In this document: positions 40,908 through 50,404 of the stretch, piece after piece
Layout: every line of letters begins with the position of its first letter
How positions within the stretch are numbered: the first letter of the stretch is position 1
Assembly: GCA_965237415.1 (NCBI GenBank)
Contig: CBDEFM010000002.1
Location: 3,840,001-3,904,000 of the forward strand
Direction of reading: 5' to 3'
DNA from: Alphaproteobacteria bacterium
GTDB taxonomy: Bacteria > Pseudomonadota > Alphaproteobacteria > UBA828
Length of the DNA stretch: 64,000 nt
Notes under the pieces: generated by a model
What the model was told of the DNA's origin: nothing
The model's database searches: none
Seen by the model: the letters and a program-made list of their open reading frames with translations, nothing else
Made by a program: the position numbers and the translations under genes

Positions 40908-41038
40908 GGGCGGCCTCCCGGCTTCCACGCCGGGGTGCGTTGGCGATGCATATGGTGGTATATGATGCGCCGGTCCGCCCCAGGGCGGGCAGGGCGCGGA
41001 CTCCCGCGCGCGGCGCCAGGGGGCAGAGGAGGAGATCG

Positions 41039-42142
41039 ATGAAGCTTGGCCTGTTCATGATGCCGATCCACAACCACAAGAGGGACTATCACACGACCCT
41101 CATGGAGGATATCGAGGCGATCGTCCATGCCGATAGCCTCGGCTTCAGCGAAGCCTGGGTCGGCGAGCACTACAGCTCCAAGTCGGAGCAGATCACCTCG
41201 CCCTTGCTCTTCCTCGCCCATCTGCTGCCGCAGACCAAGCAGATCGTCGCCGGCACCGGCGTGATCTGCCTGCCGCAGTATCACCCGGCGGTCACGGCCG
41301 GGCAGATCGCCATGTTCGACCACCTGGCGAAGGGCCGCTACATCGCGGGCCTCGGCCCCGGCGGGCTGCCGCCCGACTTCGAGGTCTTCGGCGTGATGGA
41401 CGCGGACCGCAACTCGATGATGATCGAGGCCATCGACATCATGATCGATATCTGGACCTCCGATCCGCCCTACGAATACAACGGCGAGCACTGGCAGATC
41501 TCCCTCAAGGACTGGGTCTACGAGGATATCGGGCTCGGCTATATGGCCAAGCCCTATCAGAAGCCCTATCCGCCGATCGCGATCTCGGCGATGAGCCCCT
41601 TCTCGGGCTCGATCAAGTTCGCGGGCTCGCGCGGCTATATCCCGATCTCGGCGAACTTCATCGGCACCTGGTCGGTCAAGTCCCACTGGCAGGTCTACGC
41701 CGAGGCGGCGGCCAAGGCGGGCCACGCGACCGACCCGGAGATCTGGCGCGTCGCGCGCAACATCCACGTGGACGAGACCGACGAGGCGGCCGAGGCCTTC
41801 GTCAAAAAGGGTGAGGACAGCACCGACTGGTACTTCAGCTACCTCTTCAGGATCTTCGAGCGCGCGGAGATGAAGGGGCCGTTCGTCGTCAACCAGGGCG
41901 ACGACCCGGCGGTGCTCACCCACGAGTCGATCCGCGACAACTACACGATCTACGGCAGTCCGAAGACGGTCGCCGAGAAGATCCTGGCGCTCAGAGACGA
42001 GATCGGGCACTTCGGCACGCTGATGCTGACCGCGCAGGACTGGACCGACAAGGAGCGGATGAAGCGCTCCATGTTGCTGCTGGCCGAAGAGGTCATGCCC
42101 AAGGTGAACGCCGCCATCGGCGCGCGGGCGGCGGCCGAGTAG
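41039..42142 (+). CDS. LLM-class flavin-dependent monooxygenase
   Basis: MKLGLFMMPIH, EAWVGEH, GVICLP..HP, DHLAKGR. Confidence 0.92.
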   Translation: MKLGLFMMPIHNHKRDYHTTLMEDIEAIVHADSLGFSEAWVGEHYSSKSEQITSPLLFLAHLLPQTKQIVAGTGVICLPQYHPAVTAGQIAMFDHLAKGRYIAGLGPGGLPPDFEVFGVMDADRNSMMIEAIDIMIDIWTSDPPYEYNGEHWQISLKDWVYEDIGLGYMAKPYQKPYPPIAISAMSPFSGSIKFAGSRGYIPISANFIGTWSVKSHWQVYAEAAAKAGHATDPEIWRVARNIHVDETDEAAEAFVKKGEDSTDWYFSYLFRIFERAEMKGPFVVNQGDDPAVLTHESIRDNYTIYGSPKTVAEKILALRDEIGHFGTLMLTAQDWTDKERMKRSMLLLAEEVMPKVNAAIGARAAAE

Positions 42143-42176
42143 GGCCGCCACGCCCGAACGCCGGGGAGGGCGGGCG

Positions 42177-42905
42177 ACGAGCGACTATGCGCTGATTACC
42201 GGCGGCGCTCGCGGGATCGGGCGGGCGACGGCGGCGCGGCTCCGTGCCGGCGGCTGTCGTGTCGTGGTCTTCGACCGCGTTGAGCCGGAAGACCCGGTGG
42301 ACGAATTCGTGGCCGTCGACCTCGCCGATACCGCGGCCACCGCAGAGGCGCTGGAGCGGGTGCTCGCGGACCGCGCCATCACGCGGCTCGTCAACAATGT
42401 CGGCGCCGTGAGGCCGGCGCTGCTCGAGGACGCGACCCTCGACGACTTCGACTATCTGATGGCGCTCAACGTGCGCTCGGCCATCCAGTGCACCAAGGCG
42501 CTGGCACCGGGGATGCGGGCCGCAGGCTTCGGGCGGATCGTGAACGTCTCCAGCCGCTCGGTGCGCGGCAAGGAACTCCGCACCAACTACGCCGCGACCA
42601 AGGCGGCGCTGATCGGGCTCACGCGCACCTGGGCGCTGGAGCTCGGCGGCGACGGCATCACGGTCAACTGCATCTGCCCCGGCCCGACGGCGACGGAGCT
42701 TTACGTCGAGGCAAACCCGCCGGATTCGCCCCGCACCAAGGCCGCGCTCGCCGCGATCCCTGTCGGCCGGATCGGCACGCCCGAGGACATGGCCCACGCC
42801 ATCGCTTTCTTCCTCGACCGCGAGAGCGGCTTCATCAGCGGGCAGGCGCTGATGGTCTGCGGCGGCTCAAGCCTCGGCAACCGCGAGAGCTACGCGCCGA
42901 GTTAG
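42177..42905 (+). CDS. SDR family oxidoreductase, apparent ACG start
   Basis: ALITGGARGIG lies upstream of the tracked ORF start; NNVG, YAATK; no in-frame ATG/GTG/TTG between the stop at 42105 and the Rossmann motif. Confidence 0.85.
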   Translation, partial: TSDYALITGGARGIGRATAARLRAGGCRVVVFDRVEPEDPVDEFVAVDLADTAATAEALERVLADRAITRLVNNVGAVRPALLEDATLDDFDYLMALNVRSAIQCTKALAPGMRAAGFGRIVNVSSRSVRGKELRTNYAATKAALIGLTRTWALELGGDGITVNCICPGPTATELYVEANPPDSPRTKAALAAIPVGRIGTPEDMAHAIAFFLDRESGFISGQALMVCGGSSLGNRESYAPS

Positions 42906-43001
42906 GTCTTTAGCCCGAGTCCGTCTTTGACGGACTCGCGACAAGCCGCGACCGCGGCCCGACGCCAAATTTCCGCAGCGTTCCAAGCCTACGGGAGCAG
43001 A

Positions 43002-43439
43002 TCAGGCTGCCTCGCCGACGGTGACGGTCACGCGCTTCCCCAGCCGGCGGAGGGCGCGGTCGATCGTTGCAGCCTTGGTGCTATGCTCCGGATTCAACAT
43101 ACGCCGCACCTCGCTCTCGGCGACGTCGAGATCGCGAGCAAGACGGCGTTGCGAAATCCCGGCTTGGCGCCAAGCCTCGTAAAGGGCCGCCTTCAGCGCG
43201 ATCTGCACCGGCGGGACGACCAGGGGCCTCCCCTTACCCGCGCGCGACGGCTCGGGCAGGTTCTCGCCCTCCCGAATCGTGGTTGCGATCAGCTCGCGAA
43301 GCAAATCCTTGGCTTCGAGGAGTGCCTCGTCGCGAGTGGCGCCGTCCGTCGCACCCCATCCGAAATCCGGGAACGCGACGATATACCGGCCGTCCTTGTC
43401 GCGTTCGATTTCGGCAGGATAGTTGTAGGTGTCAGGCAT
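43002..43439 (-). CDS. hicB: HicB antitoxin with C-terminal HTH
   Basis: YPA..D..G.YIVAFPD..ATDG.T.DEAL, then SQRRLARDLDV..VRRML. Confidence 0.9.
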   Translation of the reverse strand: MPDTYNYPAEIERDKDGRYIVAFPDFGWGATDGATRDEALLEAKDLLRELIATTIREGENLPEPSRAGKGRPLVVPPVQIALKAALYEAWRQAGISQRRLARDLDVAESEVRRMLNPEHSTKAATIDRALRRLGKRVTVTVGEAA

Positions 43440-43477
43440 GCGTTCGGTCTCCGGGGACACTTGCGTCGTTCCGTTAC

Positions 43478-43690
43478 CTAGAAATCGTCCCTGTCGATCC
43501 CAAGGTCGGTGAGCATCTTGGCGAGCAGTCCCTTGCCAATTTCCTTTTTCCGGTCCTTGACGGTCGTTCTGCGCTCGCCCGCATAGAGCGTTCCATGCGA
43601 ACCGGCGCCTTCGGACGCCACGAAGCGCACCTCCAGATTCCGGCTCCGCGCCCACTTGCGGACCCTCGCGTTGAACTGCCGCCCGTTCAT
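43478..43690 (-). CDS. hicA: HicA toxin
   Basis: GAGSH motif, EIGKGLL..M..DLG; directly upstream of hicB. Confidence 0.88.
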   Translation of the reverse strand: MNGRQFNARVRKWARSRNLEVRFVASEGAGSHGTLYAGERRTTVKDRKKEIGKGLLAKMLTDLGIDRDDF

Positions 43691-43806
43691 GCCGCCACAG
43701 TGTGAGCCGGCGCCCGCGTCGATCAAGGATACGTGCGCACATTTTTGCGCGCAACAGTCCGTTCCCGACGACTACTCGAGCCAAATTCGCTAAAGCGCTT
43801 TCTTTC

Positions 43807-45150
43807 TCAAACCGGGCGGATGAAGGTGCCGGTGCCTGGGGCGCCGGTGACCCTGCCGCCGGCATAGACGGGCGTACCCCTGACGTAGGTGCCCGTTACG
43901 CGCGCGCCGAAGGTCATGCCGTCGTAGGGGCTCCACTTGACCTTGGACGCCATGCCTGCGGCATCGAAGGTCCAGGGTCCGGGGGCGACGATGGCGAAGT
44001 CCGCATCGGCACCCGGCGTGAGCGCACCCTTGCGGGGATAGAGGCCGAAGTGACGCGCCGGACGCTCGGAGAGCAACGCCGCAACCCGGCTCGGCGCGAG
44101 GCCACGCTCCGTCACCATGCCGGTGTAGAGCGCGGCGAACAGGGTCTCCAGCCCCGGCACGCCCGAGCCGTTCTCCGAAAACGCGGGGTTCGACTTGCGC
44201 GAGAGCGGCCAGGCAACGTGATCCGACGAGACGAAATCCACCTCGTCCGCCACCACCTTCTCCCAAAGCGCCGCGCGCTCGTGGGCCGGGCGGATGGGCG
44301 GGTTCTGCTTGAGCTTGGCGCCCAGCGGCAGCACCTGACTCTCCTCGAAGACCAGATATTGCACGCAGGTCTCGGCGCTGGCCGCGACGCCTTCCTCCCG
44401 GTAGCGCTTGACCTGATCGAAGCCGCGCGCGAGCGAGCTGTGCACGATGTGGCAGCGCACGCCCGTCGCTCGCGCGATCTCGAAGACGGCGGCATTGGCC
44501 ACCACTTCGGCGACCGCCGGGCGGCCGGCGCCGTGGCTCTCCGGCGTGTTGCGGCGCTCGTCGAGGAAGCGCTGCGTGAGGCGGCGGACAATGGCGGCGT
44601 CCTCGTTGTGGAAGGCGACGGAAAGGCCGGTCTCGCGGATCGCGGGGAAGAGCTCGTAGAGCTCGCCCATGTCGTAGCCGGGGAAGCGCACCGGGTGATA
44701 CTCGTAGGTCGAGACCTTGAAGGCGCAGACCCCGGCGTCCGCGAGCTCCGCGATGCCCTCGGTGCCCGCACCCTTCTTCGGCGCGCCGTAGAGGGCGACG
44801 TCGACGACGGCGATCCGCTCCAGGGTCTCGACCTTGGCCTCAAGCAGGTTGACCGCGTTGACCGGCAGCGGGTCGTCGAAGGGCATGTCGACGATGGTGG
44901 TGACCCCGCCGGCGGCTGCCGCGACTGATGCATCGGCGAGCCCCGCGATCCCCTCGCAGCTCCCGGCATGGACCTGGCCGTCGATGACGCCGGGGAAGAT
45001 CAGGTGGCCTGCGGCATCGACGGCCTCCGCCGCCTCCGGCGCCTCGCCGGTGCCGAGCGCGCCGATCGTGCCGCCCCGGACCGCGAGGAAGCCCTCGGCA
45101 AGCACGCGGTCGGGGAGCACGAGGTCGCCGCGCACGACGAGGTCGAACAT
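43807..45150 (-). CDS. Allantoinase/dihydroorotase-like cyclic amidohydrolase
   Basis: [39 protein letters not shown]. Confidence 0.88.
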   Translation of the reverse strand: MFDLVVRGDLVLPDRVLAEGFLAVRGGTIGALGTGEAPEAAEAVDAAGHLIFPGVIDGQVHAGSCEGIAGLADASVAAAAGGVTTIVDMPFDDPLPVNAVNLLEAKVETLERIAVVDVALYGAPKKGAGTEGIAELADAGVCAFKVSTYEYHPVRFPGYDMGELYELFPAIRETGLSVAFHNEDAAIVRRLTQRFLDERRNTPESHGAGRPAVAEVVANAAVFEIARATGVRCHIVHSSLARGFDQVKRYREEGVAASAETCVQYLVFEESQVLPLGAKLKQNPPIRPAHERAALWEKVVADEVDFVSSDHVAWPLSRKSNPAFSENGSGVPGLETLFAALYTGMVTERGLAPSRVAALLSERPARHFGLYPRKGALTPGADADFAIVAPGPWTFDAAGMASKVKWSPYDGMTFGARVTGTYVRGTPVYAGGRVTGAPGTGTFIRPV

Positions 45151-45252
45151 CGTTCCTATACTCGCATTGGTACTTTGTCTCTACTCTGGCTCAGTCCTTC
45201 CAACTTCCATCTACACAACATGAGACATTTTCATAGCTTTCTTTTTGACCCT

Positions 45253-45810
45253 TCATGCGCATTTCCCTCGATCACTAGACGCAGCTTCGGCGAGCATAAC
45301 ATCAAGCTCAACGATAGCCTCCATCGCTGCATCTTTGGCTATATGTGGCTTTAGCTTCGCCAACATCAAAGCTCTGTTCTCAGCCGTTGTGTTTCCAGAA
45401 GTTTTCTGAGAAACAAATAGAGCCGTAGCCAAACGTTCGAGGTCTGCGACGTCTCTATTGCCTAGCCGCTCCGCTACGAAGTTTATATCACCTTCGTACT
45501 TGGATAAGGTTTTGGAGTAGACTGATTGTATGTATTTACCTCGCTCTGTCGAAGCAATCTTGGGACCGTAGGGATACTGAGGTTCGAGAGTGAGTATTCC
45601 GTCCGCTCGCAAACCGGTCAATTCGTCCCTAAGATCGAACGAAAAGGGACCATGCTTATATAATACGAACTCACACTTGAGCGGCACACTCAGGAGGTAC
45701 TGCAAGAAGTAAGCGGCCTTTTGCACATGTGTTTCGCCACACCAGCTGCCTGCCGACCGAAGTTGCTCAACCAGACGCGCAATTAGAGCAGCTCTCCTAA
45801 CTCGATCCAT
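45253..45810 (-). CDS. DUF4065 (Panacea/SocA)/YwgA-like protein
   Basis: HVQKAAYFLQ..FVLYKHGPFSFDL..LERLAT matches the QKxxY..F...xGP pattern; overlaps the HD gene by 14 bp. Confidence 0.65.
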   Translation of the reverse strand: MDRVRRAALIARLVEQLRSAGSWCGETHVQKAAYFLQYLLSVPLKCEFVLYKHGPFSFDLRDELTGLRADGILTLEPQYPYGPKIASTERGKYIQSVYSKTLSKYEGDINFVAERLGNRDVADLERLATALFVSQKTSGNTTAENRALMLAKLKPHIAKDAAMEAIVELDVMLAEAASSDRGKCA

Positions 45811-47125
45811 GTCCCGCCAGCTCCTCTTCGTTTGGCAATTTCACAATGTCAGTTCGATTTTTTTCGAGCCAACTCTTCACCTCATCGAATACGGAACGCT
45901 CTGCATACACATTATCGATTGCTACGACTGGTACGTTCTTTAAAGTCTCGGATTTCGCAAGTGATGAAATAACTTCTCCATCGCGCAACTTGACTGGGAA
46001 ATCCGGCGCACCACCGCGCTGAGAATATCTATCTACCCGAAAATCCTTCGCGTCATACTTATCGGCTAGAGCACCAAATACATAAGCTCCCGCTTCCGGA
46101 TTTACGTGCAGGTCACCGGGGTTCCGTTCATACAGCAACTTGTAGTGCTCGCGACCCACGATGCGTTGCGCATGCAATCTCCCGGAAGCGTTTGCAGAGC
46201 GGGATGATTCCATTATGGCGGAAGTAACTTCATTATCGGTCAACCTCAGGTGCTCCTCCAGATCCGTAGAGAATTTTCCGCCATCCAACCACTCTTCGAG
46301 AAAATTCATAAGGTGAATATCGTAGATTCTTCTAACCGGATGAAAGTATACTTGAGAGTACATAAAATAGCGCGCGAGCATCAGCGCCTCGGCTGAATGA
46401 AGGCCGCCTTCTTCGACACCAAGCGCAGGTTCTCCGGACGGACGGGCTGGAAGAATGCGGAGCGTATCGATGAGGCGATAATGGTCGAATCGGCCATAGC
46501 CCACGCCGGTGTGGTGAGAGTCGCGCAGAAGATAGTCCATACGGTCGACGCCAAATGCGTCTCCAACGATTATCTCTGATAGAATAGTTTCCCAGTAGGT
46601 AAAATTAAGATCGTTTGCCTTCTTCGGACCTAAGGCCAGCTTTACAACGTCCTCGGTTCGCAGTGGGGGTGTCATATCGTTCCAAATGTTTTGCATCTCG
46701 TCGCAACAAATAAGTTGTCTTGTAAGTCTCTCGTGATCCCAACCCTCAGGGAGCAAACGCTGCTCCGCTGCATGGGAAAACGGCAAGTGTCCTATATCGT
46801 GACAGAGCGCTGCCATGCGCAGAGCCAAGCGCCAATAGTTCAAAGGGGTTTCATGGCCGATCGGTTCCAAACGAGCTCGAATTTCGTCGGACACATTGTC
46901 GACATGGGTGACGATGTCGAAGACTCGCCCCGCTAGTTCCATTACTCCTAAGGAGTGTTCAAATCGCTTATGCGTTGCACCGGGATAGACAAGATAGGTC
47001 AAGGCAAGTTGGTGAATGTGACGTAATCTCTGAAATGGTCTTGAATTAAGTACCGCCCGTTCGTAGCTGTCCATCCGCACAAAGACGTGGATAGGATCGC
47101 GGACTTCATGGATGTATTTTGGCAT
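45797..47125 (-). CDS. SAMHD1/YwfO-like HD-domain phosphohydrolase (putative dNTPase)
   Basis: RDPIH, FQRLRHIHQL, YPGATHKRFEHSLG, HDIGHLPFSH, DRMDYLLRD, MYSQVYFH. Confidence 0.92.
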   Translation of the reverse strand: MPKYIHEVRDPIHVFVRMDSYERAVLNSRPFQRLRHIHQLALTYLVYPGATHKRFEHSLGVMELAGRVFDIVTHVDNVSDEIRARLEPIGHETPLNYWRLALRMAALCHDIGHLPFSHAAEQRLLPEGWDHERLTRQLICCDEMQNIWNDMTPPLRTEDVVKLALGPKKANDLNFTYWETILSEIIVGDAFGVDRMDYLLRDSHHTGVGYGRFDHYRLIDTLRILPARPSGEPALGVEEGGLHSAEALMLARYFMYSQVYFHPVRRIYDIHLMNFLEEWLDGGKFSTDLEEHLRLTDNEVTSAIMESSRSANASGRLHAQRIVGREHYKLLYERNPGDLHVNPEAGAYVFGALADKYDAKDFRVDRYSQRGGAPDFPVKLRDGEVISSLAKSETLKNVPVVAIDNVYAERSVFDEVKSWLEKNRTDIVKLPNEEELAGHGSS

Positions 47126-47439
47126 GATCAAATATCAGATCGAGAATAGGATAGCTCTTCATGTAGTGTATGCCCGAAGATCACACTGGAAGGAGGGGCA
47201 GTAACCAGTGGATTGCGGCGGACTGCGCAAAGCAGTGTCTCCAACATGAGCTCCTGCCACAGTATGTTCTCTCATTGTTCTGTTTGCAAGCCCCTAGATC
47301 TTGAGGTTTATGTAACAGTAGGCTCAAGATATAGCAATAGTGAGTCGGAAATTCGGGTAAGCATGCCTGCCGAGAGCTGCATGCTGTCTTCATCACCTTC
47401 TTACTTTGGACGTGCCGCGGAGTGATGTCCCGAGCGGCA

Positions 47440-47808
47440 CTAAACGGGCACGTCGTAGTAGTCGCCGGCGTCCTCGGTGTAGATGTGGCGCTCGATGGAA
47501 AGCCCCGTCGCGCCGTCGAGCGTGCCTGCCGTGATGGAGACGCGATCCTCGCCCACCGGCTCCCAGAACAGGTTGCCGCCGCAGCGGTTGCAGAACCCGC
47601 GCCGGGCGATCTCCGAGGAGTGGAACCAGACCAGGGTCTCGTCGGAGTCGAAGGCGAGACGGGCGCGGGGCACCGAGGTCATGGCCGCATGGTGGCCGGA
47701 GGTCTTGCGGCATTGCCCGCAATGGCAGGCGATGACCTGGCGGAGCGGGCCGGTCGCCCGGTATCTGACGCCGCCGCAGAGGCAGCTTCCGGTGTGTACG
47801 TCGGTCAC
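47440..47808 (-). CDS. GFA (CENP-V-like) family protein
   Basis: GSCLCG, CHCGQCRK, RGFCNRCG. Confidence 0.92.
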   Translation of the reverse strand: MTDVHTGSCLCGGVRYRATGPLRQVIACHCGQCRKTSGHHAAMTSVPRARLAFDSDETLVWFHSSEIARRGFCNRCGGNLFWEPVGEDRVSITAGTLDGATGLSIERHIYTEDAGDYYDVPV

Positions 47809-47834
47809 GTCTCCCTCCCGAAATGTGGCATTCG

Positions 47835-49121
47835 TCAACCGGCAAGCCGGGCGATCGCGGTCGCGAGCACCGCAGCGCCCGCGCCGAAATCGTCGAGCGT
47901 CATGGCCTCGTCCGGATTGTGGCTGCCGTGGGCGTTGCGTACGAGGACCATGGCGGCCGGAATGCCGGCGCGCTGGAAGACGGCGGCATCGTGGCCGACG
48001 GTAGCGAAGCTGCGCATGGGTATGTCCAGCGCCGCCGCCGACTCTTCCAGCACGGCGCGAAGATCGGCATCCAGCGGCGCCGGCGCCGCCTGCACGCACC
48101 GGCCGAGATCGAACGCGACCCGGCGGCGCGCGCCGATCTCCGCCGCGCGGGCCTCGACCTCGGCGCGGCACGCGTCGAGAAAGGCCTGGCTCGTGCCGCC
48201 GAAGTTGAGGGTGAAGTCGCAGCGTCCGGGAACCTTGGTCATCGCGTGATGGGCGCCGTCGGTGAAGAACTTGCCGACGGTGAACACCGTGTCGGGCACG
48301 CCGCTTTCCTCCTGCGCGATCCAGAACGCCTCCAGCGCTTGCACGAGCTCGGCCACGGCCAGCACGGTGTCCTGCCGGTGCGCGCGGGGAGTCGCGCCAG
48401 AATGATCGTAGCGGCCGAGGCAGCATGCGCCCGGCCAGCGCAGATTGCCGCGAATGGTGGTGGGAACCGCCACCTGCGCGCCCTCCGCCACCAGCACGGG
48501 CCCCTGCTCGATGTGAAGCTCCAGGAAGGCGCAGGCGTTGGCGGGGGAGAGGCGGGGGGCGCCCTCGCCGCGCAGCGCGTCCACATCGAGGCCGAGCGCC
48601 GCCATGTGCCAGGCGAGGGTGCGCCCTGTGTCGGCGCGCCGCAGCGTGTCCAGGTGATCGCGGGAGAGCGAGCCGAGGGCGAGGCGGGCGCCGATGAAGG
48701 GGATGCCGAACCAGACGCTCTCCTCGGCTCGGGTGGCGATGGCGCTCACGTCGCGGCCCGGCTCCCAGCCGACATCGCGGAACGCGGCGAGCACGACAAG
48801 GCCGGCGACGGCGCCGGCGAGCCCGTCGAAGTGCCCGCCCGTCGGCACGGAATCGACGTGCGAGCCGGTGAGGATGGCGGATGCGCTCCGGTCGCGTCCG
48901 GGGAGCGTGCAGTAGAGGTTGCCCGCGTGGTCGAAGGCGGTCTCGAGCCCGAGCGCGCGGGCGGCGTCGGCGATGCGCGCGGCGGCGATCTGGTCCTGTT
49001 CGCTCCAGGCGGGGCGGGTCACGCCGACCTCTGCGGCGCTGGCCGCGCGAATCTCGTCGAACAACGAGTCCGCGAGCGGCAGGCGGGCCTCCACCGCGGC
49101 GCGCAACGCCTGCGCGCTCAC
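47835..49121 (-). CDS. M20 N-carbamoyl-amino acid / allantoate amidohydrolase family
   Basis: GSHVDSVPTGG.FDG..G, AEE, ELHIEQGPVL, HSGATP, GHDA, SHNPDE. Confidence 0.92.
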   Translation of the reverse strand: MSAQALRAAVEARLPLADSLFDEIRAASAAEVGVTRPAWSEQDQIAAARIADAARALGLETAFDHAGNLYCTLPGRDRSASAILTGSHVDSVPTGGHFDGLAGAVAGLVVLAAFRDVGWEPGRDVSAIATRAEESVWFGIPFIGARLALGSLSRDHLDTLRRADTGRTLAWHMAALGLDVDALRGEGAPRLSPANACAFLELHIEQGPVLVAEGAQVAVPTTIRGNLRWPGACCLGRYDHSGATPRAHRQDTVLAVAELVQALEAFWIAQEESGVPDTVFTVGKFFTDGAHHAMTKVPGRCDFTLNFGGTSQAFLDACRAEVEARAAEIGARRRVAFDLGRCVQAAPAPLDADLRAVLEESAAALDIPMRSFATVGHDAAVFQRAGIPAAMVLVRNAHGSHNPDEAMTLDDFGAGAAVLATAIARLAG

Positions 49122-50140
49122 GGCGCGAAGACCTCCAGGATCTCGTCGTAGTTGCGGCTGAGCGGGATCAGGATGAGCCCATCGAGGCCGGTATCGAGCC
49201 AGCGTTGCGCATGCGCGCGGCACTCGTCGGGCGTGCCGTGGGCGATCAGCTCGTCCACCAGCGCATCGTCGACCAGCGCCATGGCCTCCTCGATCCCGCC
49301 GGGTTTCGGCGGCCAGCCGCCCATCACCTGCTTGATCTCGGCGAGGCGGTCCTCGGGGAACTCCCAAGCCTTGGCGAAGTGGGGCTGCTGGCCGAGATAC
49401 TGGGTCACGAGGCGCTTGGCGTCGTAGAGCGCCTTGCCGCGGTCGGCGTCCATCGAGATGTTGACGAGCTGCAGCTTCTCGACTTCGGCGAGCGTGCGGC
49501 CTGCGCGGGCGGCGCCTGCCGCGACGCGCTCCAGCGAGCGGCTCGTATAGGCGGGCGAGAGGATGCCGTTGATCAGCACCCCGTCCGCGACCTCGCCTGC
49601 AAGCTCCATCATGCGGGGCCCGGTCGGGCCGATGAAGATCCTGACGGCGGGCGGCACGCGCGCATCGCCGTGGCCGAGGTCGAGGGTGAGATCCCGCACC
49701 CTGACCAGCTCGCCCTCGTGAGTCACGCCGTCCTCCAACGCGAAGAGCCGGCGCAGGACTCCCACGTATTCGCGCATCTGGCTGAGCGGCTTGCGGCGCT
49801 CGATACCCTGCTTCCAGGCGAGCGGATCCCAATAGGCGCCGAGGCCGAGGTTCATGCGCCCCGGCGCCAGGTTGTCGAGGGTGGCGAAGGTCATGGCCAT
49901 GAGCGCAGGGCCGCGGGTCCAGCTGTTGACGATGCAACTGCCAAGCCGCACCCGCTCGGTGGTGGCGGCCATGGCGCCCAGCACCGAGACCGCGTCACGC
50001 GCGAGCCTGGTCTCGGTGACCCAGAGCGAATCGTAGCCGAGCGCCTCGGCCTTGGCTGCGAGCCTGAGCTGCTCGCGCACCCCCGGACGATCGAGGAAGC
50101 CGAAGCCGAGCGTGGTCATTGCGCGGTCACTGCGCTCCAC
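49118..50140 (-). CDS. LLM-class oxidoreductase (Mer-like, possibly F420-dependent)
   Basis: AEALGYDSLWVTE, TERVRLG, PGRMNLGLG, GPRMMELAGEVADG; start may be 50119. Confidence 0.88.
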   Translation of the reverse strand: MERSDRAMTTLGFGFLDRPGVREQLRLAAKAEALGYDSLWVTETRLARDAVSVLGAMAATTERVRLGSCIVNSWTRGPALMAMTFATLDNLAPGRMNLGLGAYWDPLAWKQGIERRKPLSQMREYVGVLRRLFALEDGVTHEGELVRVRDLTLDLGHGDARVPPAVRIFIGPTGPRMMELAGEVADGVLINGILSPAYTSRSLERVAAGAARAGRTLAEVEKLQLVNISMDADRGKALYDAKRLVTQYLGQQPHFAKAWEFPEDRLAEIKQVMGGWPPKPGGIEEAMALVDDALVDELIAHGTPDECRAHAQRWLDTGLDGLILIPLSRNYDEILEVFAP

Positions 50141-50152
50141 TCGCGGCGCCCA

Positions 50153-50404
50153 TCAGCTCCGGGCCTGGACCATGGTGCAGGCGATGACCTCCTCGCCGAG
50201 CGCCTTGCAGGCCTCCAGGCGGTGCAGCCCCTCCACGAGCACGTAGCGCGAGCCGTCCTCGCGCACCAGGATCGGAACCTTCAGCCCGTCCTCCATGATG
50301 CTCTCGGCGAGCGCATCGACCGTCGCCTGCTTGAGCGTCCGGCGGCGCTTGGCCGGCACGTAGATGTCGGCGATCGCGAGGTCCTTGTTCTCCAGTAGCG
50401 GCGT
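50153..50404 (-). CDS. Small stand-alone ParB/sulfiredoxin N-terminal domain protein, non-canonical start (ACG 50404 or CTG 50395)
   Basis: IYVP..LAESI..G..VPI.VR..YVLVEGLHRLEA; GGAGG RBS at 50414-50410. Confidence 0.82.
   Translation of the reverse strand, partial: TPLLENKDLAIADIYVPAKRRRTLKQATVDALAESIMEDGLKVPILVREDGSRYVLVEGLHRLEACKALGEEVIACTMVQARS

Noticed and set aside
47835-49937. 700-aa carbamoylase, and similar N-terminal extensions of livF, livM, GFA and rimJ in the ORF track
   Set aside because: The extensions overlap upstream genes in another frame; homology starts at the downstream starts given.
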